This document shows, one piece after another, positions 20,721 to 29,032 of a stretch of 64,000 nucleotides of DNA. The notes beneath the pieces were generated by a model. That model searched no databases. It was not told the origin of the DNA and saw nothing but the letters and a program-made list of their open reading frames with translations. Every line of letters starts with the position of its first letter. Position 1 is the stretch's first letter. The stretch spans positions 55,835-119,834 of the forward strand of contig JAVCCM010000166.1 of assembly GCA_030765455.1 (NCBI GenBank), written 5' to 3'. Made by a program: the position numbers and the translations under genes. The DNA is from Candidatus Electryonea clarkiae. GTDB lineage: Bacteria; Electryoneota; Electryoneia; Electryoneales; Electryoneaceae.

Positions 20721-21632
20721 TTAATGAGATATGCTAAAACTAATCCAGTCATTCATTGTATCATAATATTCAGTTAATCCCAAACGCTGCGGGATATCTG
20801 TATGTCCCGCGCCGGGGATCAGTACCAGTCTTTTCGGTTCCGGGGCGTTTTCATATACGATCTTGCCATTGTCACGATAACGGACAAAATCATCTTCATC
20901 GCCGTGAAAGATCATGAATGGTACATGGATATTTTTTATGCGCTCGGCGTTATTGAACTCGCCTTCAGTCAACCAGCGATGAGGGACATCAATGATTGAG
21001 GAGCCTTGCGTCAGAGAAGTTGCAGCAGCAAATAGAGCTTCGGCAAAGAGACAGAGGGGGTCGATCTTCTCCGCAGTTAGATATATCGAAACAACATTAC
21101 CTAATGAAAATCCATAAACGATAAGCGAATCAGCCGTAACCTCATTGCGGCTGAGAACATAATCGAGAGCGGCAGTGCCATCGGAGTATAGACCATCTTC
21201 GGACGATTCTCCATCCGATTTACCGAAACCACGGTAGTCATAAATAAACAGGTTCACACCGAAATCATGGAGGAACATGACACGGTCCCAGTAGTGATCG
21301 ATATTGTGTTTATTACCGTGACAATAGAGGATGGTCAAACCTGACCGGTCGCCGTTTGAACCAACCCAGAAACCGTGCAGGGTGTTTCCATCACTGTCAA
21401 GCATGACCTCTTCGATCAATGATTCAGGAATGGTGTTACCGGGAAGTGAATACTCATCAAGCTCTTCCGAATTAAATAGAAAACTGTCGAGTTTCATACA
21501 ACTCGTCGATATGAAGCATGACAGCAGAATACATGAGAGTATCAAGGATCTGTTTGGCGATCTTTGCCCCTTTGCGCCTTTGCGTGAGAAATGTTTTATT
21601 GTTTTTTTCATCGAAACACCTAAAAATTCCAT
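20721..21632 (-). CDS. alpha/beta-fold serine hydrolase (dienelactone-hydrolase/S9-like), probably secreted
   Basis: Nucleophile elbow GFSLG and ...HGDEDDFV... The start is uncertain because a CTTTGCG repeat motif lies inside the 5' end of the ORF. Confidence 0.65.
   Translation of the reverse strand: MEFLGVSMKKTIKHFSRKGAKGQRSPNRSLILSCILLSCFISTSCMKLDSFLFNSEELDEYSLPGNTIPESLIEEVMLDSDGNTLHGFWVGSNGDRSGLTILYCHGNKHNIDHYWDRVMFLHDFGVNLFIYDYRGFGKSDGESSEDGLYSDGTAALDYVLSRNEVTADSLIVYGFSLGNVVSIYLTAEKIDPLCLFAEALFAAATSLTQGSSIIDVPHRWLTEGEFNNAERIKNIHVPFMIFHGDEDDFVRYRDNGKIVYENAPEPKRLVLIPGAGHTDIPQRLGLTEYYDTMNDWISFSISH
21561..21590 (+). repeat. CTTTGCG direct-repeat motif copy B (tctttgcc-cctttgcg-cctttgcg-TGAGAA)
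   Basis: Read directly. Lies inside the 5' end of ORF 20721-21632 (see findings). Confidence 0.6.
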
Positions 21633-22294
21633 TCAAGTGCAATCAGGGGAGCAATAGCGCCATAACCGGCGATACCGGTATATGTAACCGCAAGCTGATC
21701 ACTTCTGATATTTGCGCCTTGCCATTTGATTTCGGTGTACAGCTTGAAACGATTCCCAAGTGCCCACCTGTACCCGGCAAATGGTGAAGTCATGTAAAAT
21801 GATGCGTCTTCATCGTAGTCAGGACGAGTAGTCGGGATAACCAGGTTCATACCGGTGTAAACTGAGTTCTTTCTGTGCTGCCAGGCAGCGGAACCGGTGA
21901 GAATCGGAACAAAACGAAACCTCTCTTCAACTCCTTCTTTGACACTCATGAAAGTCATTATTCTCGGTTGAATCCCTACAGTCGGAGTTCTCCCATCACC
22001 GATTATTGGATACCATGTCGATCCAAGATCGAAACCGGTTATCCCGTAGGGGAGTGGAAGGATGTGCAGGTTTGCATCGAAATCAAGGTCGTCCCGCAGT
22101 CCGTACCTCGAACCCAAAACGGGCCACGGTGTGGGCATATTTAGACCGAATACCTTAATAATCGGTCCACCATAGCTGACATTACCCTGCCATTCTCCTT
22201 TACCAACAGGCTGGAGGTTGGTATGAGCAGCGCACCCAATGTACAACATTATTAAAATAATAGAGATAAGAAGTATATAGATTCTTGTTTTCAA
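21620..22294 (-). CDS. hypothetical outer-membrane beta-barrel-like lipoprotein (224 aa)
   Basis: Signal/lipobox MLYIGC, alternating hydrophobic pattern and a C-terminal ...EWNF (terminal Phe). Confidence 0.45.
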   Translation of the reverse strand: MKTRIYILLISIILIMLYIGCAAHTNLQPVGKGEWQGNVSYGGPIIKVFGLNMPTPWPVLGSRYGLRDDLDFDANLHILPLPYGITGFDLGSTWYPIIGDGRTPTVGIQPRIMTFMSVKEGVEERFRFVPILTGSAAWQHRKNSVYTGMNLVIPTTRPDYDEDASFYMTSPFAGYRWALGNRFKLYTEIKWQGANIRSDQLAVTYTGIAGYGAIAPLIALEWNF

Positions 22295-22359
22295 ATTATA
22301 ACCAGATCTTTTTTAATGAATTATTCTTGAAATAATATTTCATCACATAATAAATACTA

Positions 22360-22404
22360 TCACGCAAAGTCGCAAAGGCAAAACATAAGGTCGCAAAAAA
22401 AATC
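22360..22404 (-). repeat. CTTTGCG direct-repeat motif copy E (reverse orientation: tCACGCAAAGtCGCAAAGGcaaaacataaggtCGCAAAAAAAA)
   Basis: Read directly. 66-110 nt upstream of the start at 22294, just 3' of paralog C1. Confidence 0.6.
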
Positions 22405-22426
22405 TTGTTAATCCTGTCAATTTCAT

Positions 22427-24535
22427 TTATTTCAAATATACAACTTTCATCGCTTTGGTAACATCTCCTGACGACAGGACAGCGATGTATATTCCATTTG
22501 CATTATTTTTCAATTCAAAGTTGACTGTATGTCTTCCCGAATTCATTTTCCGGTTTAAAATAACAGCAACTTCACGACCGAGAATATCATATACTGCCAA
22601 TTTGATCTTGCCGGCTCTTTGCAGGCTGAATGCAATTTGTGTTGAAGAATTGAAGGGATTTGGGTAATTCTGCTCAAGCTGGAATTCAACCGGGGACAAA
22701 AAATCATGCTCCTCAACATAACGATGGTCTCTGAAAAACGGATCATACCAACCATACCAATCATAGTGATACGGATCTTCCCAGTGTCCTGCAGAATCAA
22801 TGTGTAACGGATAATTCGGGACCCAACCGGCTAAATCGTACACCGAATCCAGCAAATCCCTCTTCGCTATTCTGTAATAAATCACAGGATTATTAGTGAA
22901 CTCGCCTTCGTCCGCCATAACTGAGCCTGCATCGAGATCAAGAATGTAAGAGATATTCAGGTTATAGCCATTGAGATAATCACCATCATTATTCAGCGCA
23001 ATACTTGGTTCCCTTTCATTCCTGCAATCCCCTGCAACAAGCCCGCCTTCTGTGCCCCTGGAGTTAGTAAGATTAACCGGTTTTGTCCAGAGTCTTCCAT
23101 ACCATTCACCATGCCAGCCGTTTGGTGGGCTGAGAGTTATCATTATTTCACCGTTTGCAAGACTATCATCCGAAGCATCCCAGGCGGTTATTGTCGAATC
23201 CTCATTGATGGTATATTCATCAGGCATGCCGTATTGCTGAAAAACACAATAGAGTATTCCTGTTACTGGATCATGATACATGTTCGGTGCTTTCACCTGA
23301 TGCTGCCATCTTCCTGGCTCAGCATAATTCCAGAATTGTCCATCTGCCAGCACTGTAAATTCATTGTTTTCGTTATCCCAATGGTAGATGTAAGATGTGT
23401 AAGTAACTGAGTCCGAATAATGATAATACCCGGAAGCGGTGAATGCCACGTGTATAACGTCATCGTAATCGATATAAACATTCAAACTGTTGTAAACTCG
23501 CATTGTATCTGTATTTGCCGCAGTGGTATCGGGTAGCAGATCCGGGTCTGGAATAATGAATTCTGTAATGTTGATCGGATTGTCGAAATCCCAGGTTTCA
23601 CCGCCATCTTCGCTGATCCATAAATAAACGTCATTGTTCCATTGATTTGTCTCTTCGTTCGGATGATTATCGCTCCGGCTGATAGTCGAAACAATTGCTA
23701 CCAGCGAACCGTCATAGGAAACGTCAATATCGGCTGAAGGATTCATCCCGTTATCTGAAACAAGGAGTTGTTCTTCGGGCAGTATGAAATCGTAATAACC
23801 ATCAAAGGAACGTACAATGCGAGAATATAATATATTTACAGGATCAGTTTCATTGTCAGGATCATACTGTTGTGTGACAACATGGACGTAATGCGTATTA
23901 GCATATTCGGCAAAGGCGGCTTTTGGATAATAGTACATATCAGGAGGAATTCGTGTTCCACTAAAGACACCTGGAAATAAATTATATAATTCAGTTGCAA
24001 TCACTGAATATCCTCCAGCGGAATTATTATATACCGGATACGCAAGTCCTTCGTATAAATCCATTGCCAACACAGGAAAACCTGCCTCATCACCCTCATC
24101 AACATAACTCCTGAATTCCCCAAATTCCTGTACAAATTCTCCTTCATCTGTAATGCCTACCCTGTTAAATCTAACACGTGTAGTTACTTCAGGATAATCG
24201 ACCAGTCTAGTCAAGACAAAAAAAGCTGCGGACACGCAGTCATCTTCGTTATGGATTTGTATTTCATCAGGATAATAACCAATCATCCTCCCGATAGTGC
24301 CATAATGCTGTAAATCAATCAAGGTTGTTCCAATTATGACAGTATCCTCGTCTAGTTCTCCAGCGTGAGGGACAAAAGCCGGTGCATTTTCTAATTGGGC
24401 TACATCGAGATCAAGAACCGGTGGTATGAATTTTTCCGGAAATGGAATTTTAGGCGACGGCAAAGTTTTACCGAAAGAGATGGATACAACTAATAATAGA
24501 GATAAAACGAATGATGCTAATGTTTTACGAATCAT
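22427..24535 (-). CDS. T9SS-sorted Asp-box (BNR)-like protein, paralog C1
   Basis: Signal peptide. WISEDGGETWD matches the S-x-D-x-G-x-T-W Asp-box. HVVTQQ and ...PNGWHGEWYGRLW are shared with C2 and C3. CTD YPNPFNSS...GIYIAVL...VVYLK. RBS GGAGGGG. Confidence 0.8.
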   Translation of the reverse strand: MIRKTLASFVLSLLLVVSISFGKTLPSPKIPFPEKFIPPVLDLDVAQLENAPAFVPHAGELDEDTVIIGTTLIDLQHYGTIGRMIGYYPDEIQIHNEDDCVSAAFFVLTRLVDYPEVTTRVRFNRVGITDEGEFVQEFGEFRSYVDEGDEAGFPVLAMDLYEGLAYPVYNNSAGGYSVIATELYNLFPGVFSGTRIPPDMYYYPKAAFAEYANTHYVHVVTQQYDPDNETDPVNILYSRIVRSFDGYYDFILPEEQLLVSDNGMNPSADIDVSYDGSLVAIVSTISRSDNHPNEETNQWNNDVYLWISEDGGETWDFDNPINITEFIIPDPDLLPDTTAANTDTMRVYNSLNVYIDYDDVIHVAFTASGYYHYSDSVTYTSYIYHWDNENNEFTVLADGQFWNYAEPGRWQHQVKAPNMYHDPVTGILYCVFQQYGMPDEYTINEDSTITAWDASDDSLANGEIMITLSPPNGWHGEWYGRLWTKPVNLTNSRGTEGGLVAGDCRNEREPSIALNNDGDYLNGYNLNISYILDLDAGSVMADEGEFTNNPVIYYRIAKRDLLDSVYDLAGWVPNYPLHIDSAGHWEDPYHYDWYGWYDPFFRDHRYVEEHDFLSPVEFQLEQNYPNPFNSSTQIAFSLQRAGKIKLAVYDILGREVAVILNRKMNSGRHTVNFELKNNANGIYIAVLSSGDVTKAMKVVYLK

Positions 24536-24620
24536 TTTTCCCCTCCAGATTAATCTCGTAACGTATAATTGAAATTGAATATGTAGTTAAATACTATAAT
24601 CTATTTGAATATGATAATTC

Positions 24621-26795
24621 TTATCTGACTAAAACTACTTTCTTCACTTCTGCCATCTTCCCCGGTACACTGGCATGGATGAAGTAAGTACCACTTGATG
24701 CGGATTCAGCATTCCATAGTATTGAATGATATCCAGTTGGTTGTGTGGAATTTACAAGGGTTGTAATTAATTGCCCGTTAATGTTATACACTTGTAGATA
24801 AAAATCCGATGGTGCAGGCAAACTGTATGACAACCGTGTTGAAGCGTTAAATGGATTGGGATAAGCCAACGACAGGTTGAATTGAGCAGGTATTGTTATA
24901 ACCAGATCAGCAACTTCATCAGGATCGGTAAAGCGATATATTCCCAGGTTTGTGCCGTCTGCGAGATAAATAAGATTATCCATTGCATGAACTCCATTGC
25001 CATAACCTGGCGAATCATAGTATCCTACTATTGAAGGATTCTCCGGATCAACGATGGAGATGACATTCAAACCACTTTCACCGTTCGTTACGTAAGCAAA
25101 GATACCAGAAACCGTGACGCCTTTGGCTGCTCCCATTGTTTCACAGCTCCCCACTTCTTCCGGATTTTCTGGATCGGAAACATCGATGACACGCAAACCG
25201 TCATAATAACCTTGACCTAAGCCGATCGATACGTAAGCATAGTCTTCGGAAACCGTGACGCACCAGGCTGGGTCCTCAAATTCATAGAATCCCACTTCTA
25301 CTGGTGCGCTCGGATCAGCAATGTCAACAATATTAAGTGCGCCTGGAACAAATGGAAAATCAATCCCTTCAGCAATATATGCGTAGTCACCAGATACCGT
25401 GACGTCCACCGCATAATTTGTTTGAACATATCCCACTTCTTCTGGATTCTCAGGGTCGGCAATGGAGATGATATACGTAGCACGACCAGCTGCAACTAAA
25501 GCATAGTCGCCGGAAATTGTTAAACCTGAGGGGTGACCAAGTGAATCACAGAATCCCACTTCTTCTGGATTTTCTGGATCAATAACTGAGATAATACGCA
25601 AACCACCTTCCATATCCGCTATAAAAGCATGGTTACCTGAAACTATAACGCCGCAGGCACGCCCTGGTGTTTCACAGGATCCCACTTCTTCCAGATTATC
25701 AGGCTCGACAACTGAGATGACATGCAAACCGTTTTCCCCGTTGGCTACGTAAGCAAAGTTGCCGGAAACCGTTACGTCCATGACCCATCCATTTGTATCA
25801 TAGAATCCAACCTCTTCCGGAGATTCAGGATCGGCTACGGAGATGATGCGCAAACCGCTATCCCAGTCCGCTACGTAAGTATAATCGCCGGAAACCGTGA
25901 CGCCATAGGCATTCCCGGGTGTATCATAGTATCCCACCTCTTCCGGAACTCTAGGATTGGCAACTGAAATGACACGTAAACCACTAATTCTATCCGCTAC
26001 GAAAGCATAATCGCCGGAAACCGCGACGCCCTCAGCATCCCCCTCAGTATAACAGAATCCAACCTCCTCAGGATTTTCAGGATCTGCAATGGAGATAACG
26101 CTTAAACCACGTCTACTAAAAGCAACATAAGCAAAGTCGCCGGAAACTGTGACACCAAATGCATTCCTCTCAATATTATAGAATCCCACTTCTTCAGGTT
26201 GTTCAGGATCGGTAATGTCAATCACGCGTAAACCATGCAAAAGGTCAACAGCGTAAGCATAGTTTCCGGAAACCACAACGTCCATGGCAGCAAGTCCCGT
26301 ATCATAGTTTCCCACAACAATAGGAAGTTCAGGATTTTCAATAGAAATGATGCACAAACCGCTATACCTGCTCGTTACATAAGCGTGGTTACCCGAGACC
26401 GCGAGATTCCGAGCAATATCCGGAGTATCACAATGTCCTACTTCTTCAGGATTCTCAGGATCAGCAACTGAAATGATGTATAAACCGTCGTACCCATTTG
26501 CAACGTAAGCATATTCGCCTGAAACACATACGCCTTCTGCTTCATTGATGTAATCCAAATAGCCTATTAACTCAGGATTTTCCGGATTGGAAACATCCAC
26601 GATCTGCAGCCCGGAAACCCCAGTAGCAACGTAAGCCAAATCACCGACTACGAAGATATCTTCGGCACGATCCCAATTATTGTAAATCCTTCCGACCTGT
26701 ACGATGTTTTCATGATCCTGGGCTACTACAATTGAACACGCAAAAACTATGGAACAAAGAGTAGTATGCAACAGAAATGTACTTCGCATCTTCAT
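24621..26795 (-). CDS. T9SS-sorted LVIVD-repeat beta-propeller protein
   Basis: At least 13 tandem approx. 45-aa repeats of the form DPENPEEVG..DT.G.A.GV.VSG.YAYVA....GL.VIS(V/I)A (LVIVD repeat signature). CTD YPNPFNAST...GTYFI...KVVLVR. Confidence 0.8.
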   Translation of the reverse strand: MKMRSTFLLHTTLCSIVFACSIVVAQDHENIVQVGRIYNNWDRAEDIFVVGDLAYVATGVSGLQIVDVSNPENPELIGYLDYINEAEGVCVSGEYAYVANGYDGLYIISVADPENPEEVGHCDTPDIARNLAVSGNHAYVTSRYSGLCIISIENPELPIVVGNYDTGLAAMDVVVSGNYAYAVDLLHGLRVIDITDPEQPEEVGFYNIERNAFGVTVSGDFAYVAFSRRGLSVISIADPENPEEVGFCYTEGDAEGVAVSGDYAFVADRISGLRVISVANPRVPEEVGYYDTPGNAYGVTVSGDYTYVADWDSGLRIISVADPESPEEVGFYDTNGWVMDVTVSGNFAYVANGENGLHVISVVEPDNLEEVGSCETPGRACGVIVSGNHAFIADMEGGLRIISVIDPENPEEVGFCDSLGHPSGLTISGDYALVAAGRATYIISIADPENPEEVGYVQTNYAVDVTVSGDYAYIAEGIDFPFVPGALNIVDIADPSAPVEVGFYEFEDPAWCVTVSEDYAYVSIGLGQGYYDGLRVIDVSDPENPEEVGSCETMGAAKGVTVSGIFAYVTNGESGLNVISIVDPENPSIVGYYDSPGYGNGVHAMDNLIYLADGTNLGIYRFTDPDEVADLVITIPAQFNLSLAYPNPFNASTRLSYSLPAPSDFYLQVYNINGQLITTLVNSTQPTGYHSILWNAESASSGTYFIHASVPGKMAEVKKVVLVR

Positions 26796-26868
26796 CTCCT
26801 CTATTCAGGGCGAACTGTAAAACAGAGAAAGGCTTTACGATTCATCACACATCCAATATCGTAAAATT

Positions 26869-28851
26869 TTATCTTAACAACACAACTTTCCTAACCACAG
26901 CCATCTTCTCCGGCACTTTGGCGTAGATGAAGTAGATTCCGCTTGGTAACTCTTTGCCATCGAAGTTGAACTTCCGGTATCCTGCCGTCTGTTGTTGATC
27001 TGAAAGAACAGCTACTTCCCGGCTCAGGATGTTATAGACTTTCAGTTTCAGATGTGTGGCTTCCGGAAGGAATACTCTGATAGTGAGAGAGCTGTTAAAC
27101 GGATTCGGATAGACTGATTTGATGCTGAATGATTCGGGAATTTCATTTATTTGATCCTGATCGATTACATTCTCTCCCAGGAAGAACGATCCGCCATGCG
27201 CCTCCCAGTCCCAATCAAGCGAATCTTCCCAGTGTTGAGTGGAGTCTAAATGAATTGGATAATTCTCTACCCAGGCAGCATTTTCATCGAACAGATCAAT
27301 AAGTTCATCCTTTTCCACCCTGTGCCAGATTACCGGATTATTTGTATATTCACCTTCGTCTTCTCGCGAGAAACCTGCATTCTTATCGAGGACGTACATG
27401 ATATTCAGGTAATCACCGTCATTGTTCAACGCAATATTCGGTTCACGTTCACTGCGGCATTGCCCGGCAGGAGCACCACCCTCACCGGTATATCTTGTAT
27501 TAGTAATATTAACACCCTCCGCCCACAGAAGCCCGTAATACTGACCGTTATCCATATCAGGCGGACTGGCGGTGACAAATACCTCGCTGTTCAGATAACC
27601 TTCATCAGATACATCATTAGAATCTCCAGGTACACCATATCGTTGATGAACACACCAGAGAACTCCTGTCACCGGGTCTTGGTACATACTGGGACGTTGT
27701 ACAGTTGTCTGACGTACACCAAACCATCCTGCATTGAAAAACATTCCATCTGCCATGACAGTGAAAACATTTGTCACTTCATCCCAATGATAGATAAAGG
27801 CACGATTGGATAATTGCTCCTCCCATAAATAAAATTTCGGAGTCGTAAAAGCTGCATGAAGTACATCATTCTGGTCAAAATACAAATTGCAGTCGGTGTA
27901 AACTCGAAAGGTATCGGAAACAGGTGGTCCAATTTCTGATGCATAGAAATTGGTTAAATCCAGAGGTTCCTCCCATTCCCAAGTTTCGCCGCCATCGTCA
28001 CTTATCCATATCCAGAGGTCATTATTTCTATTTGTCGGATAGGTCCAATGCAAACCCTCACGTCTTGTGAATAGACGATTTGGCGATACAGCAATTGCGA
28101 CACGCGAACCATCGTTCGAAACTGCAATTTCCGCAGTGCAATTCATGCCGTGTTCAGTTACCAGCTCCTGTTCATTTACAATCATGACGCGCTCATCTTC
28201 ATCGAATTCATGACGGCTATAACATGTATCATTATCCAACAGCATATCTGGATCATAAATTTGCTGTGTAGTCACCACATGGATATATTTGGTGCCTTCA
28301 TATTCACCAAAAGCAGCGTGGGGCCAGATATTTTCATTTTCTCTATATTCGGGAATTGGTATCCTTGACCAGGAATAAGGCATGTTTTCTGATTCATATC
28401 CGAAATAATCTCTGAAAAAATCTTCATCCCCAGTGCAGGCGTGATAAACAGGATATGCATTTCCATTTTCAGAATCCATTGCCAGGGTAGAATATCCGGC
28501 ACGCCACATCCCGTCAATGTCAATTCCTCCGCCACTATCAGGATATGCTATAACGTATTCACCATTATCCAGGATTCCGGCTATATTGAATCCGACATGA
28601 CGTGGACCGTAATCCGGGTATGTTCTTAGGCGAGTCCAGGTAAAAAATGCCGCACCGTCAACTGTATCATTTCCTATAGTGTATGGTTCGGGATAGTACC
28701 CGATCATCCTGCCGACAGTCCCGTTATGCTGGCTATCATAGTAGGTATGACCGACGACAATAGTATCACCGACAATTTCAGCAAGACTCGTGTTTTGAAG
28801 AACAAATAATACTGAAATTCCGGTCAAAAGTCCGACAATTCGTGTACGCAT
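26869..28851 (-). CDS. T9SS-sorted Asp-box (BNR)-like protein, paralog C2
   Basis: WISDDGGETWEWE Asp-box, CTD YPNPFNSSLTI. The ORF extends to 29031, but the ATG at 28851 (MRTRIVGLLTGISVLFV) has a GAGGG RBS and starts a signal peptide. The extra 60 codons cover a repeat element. Confidence 0.8.
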   Translation of the reverse strand: MRTRIVGLLTGISVLFVLQNTSLAEIVGDTIVVGHTYYDSQHNGTVGRMIGYYPEPYTIGNDTVDGAAFFTWTRLRTYPDYGPRHVGFNIAGILDNGEYVIAYPDSGGGIDIDGMWRAGYSTLAMDSENGNAYPVYHACTGDEDFFRDYFGYESENMPYSWSRIPIPEYRENENIWPHAAFGEYEGTKYIHVVTTQQIYDPDMLLDNDTCYSRHEFDEDERVMIVNEQELVTEHGMNCTAEIAVSNDGSRVAIAVSPNRLFTRREGLHWTYPTNRNNDLWIWISDDGGETWEWEEPLDLTNFYASEIGPPVSDTFRVYTDCNLYFDQNDVLHAAFTTPKFYLWEEQLSNRAFIYHWDEVTNVFTVMADGMFFNAGWFGVRQTTVQRPSMYQDPVTGVLWCVHQRYGVPGDSNDVSDEGYLNSEVFVTASPPDMDNGQYYGLLWAEGVNITNTRYTGEGGAPAGQCRSEREPNIALNNDGDYLNIMYVLDKNAGFSREDEGEYTNNPVIWHRVEKDELIDLFDENAAWVENYPIHLDSTQHWEDSLDWDWEAHGGSFFLGENVIDQDQINEIPESFSIKSVYPNPFNSSLTIRVFLPEATHLKLKVYNILSREVAVLSDQQQTAGYRKFNFDGKELPSGIYFIYAKVPEKMAVVRKVVLLR

Positions 28852-28953
28852 AATGCCCTCAAAACTTAATGAAACAAGAAAATGTTCAGCTTCACGCTTT
28901 GAATCTCTGCGCAAGACAATTTTTTCGAAAACAAAACAGCAAAGAATTTTTTC

Positions 28954-29000
28954 CTCACGCAAAGTCGCAAAGGCAAAACATAAGGTCGCAAAAAAAATCC
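28954..29000 (-). repeat. CTTTGCG direct-repeat motif copy F (reverse orientation; its 42-nt core is near-identical to copy E)
   Basis: ctCACGCAAAGtCGCAAAGGcaaaacataaggtCGCAAAAAAAAtcc. 100-150 nt upstream of the C2 start and just 3' of C3. Confidence 0.6.
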
Positions 29001-29032
29001 TGTAAATCTTGTTAATCCTGTCCGATCCCATC

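Noticed and set aside
27250-27813. 187-aa + ORF inside BNR paralog C2, and similar + ORFs (30215-30547, 30878-31438) inside C3
   Set aside because: Antisense, Ile/Phe-rich AT-codon artefacts, with no RBS.
28852-29031. N-terminal 60-aa extension of paralog C2 (MGSDRINKIYRIFF...)
   Set aside because: The extension is translated through a copy of the intergenic repeat and has no signal peptide. The internal ATG at 28851 has an RBS and begins a classic signal peptide like its paralogs.
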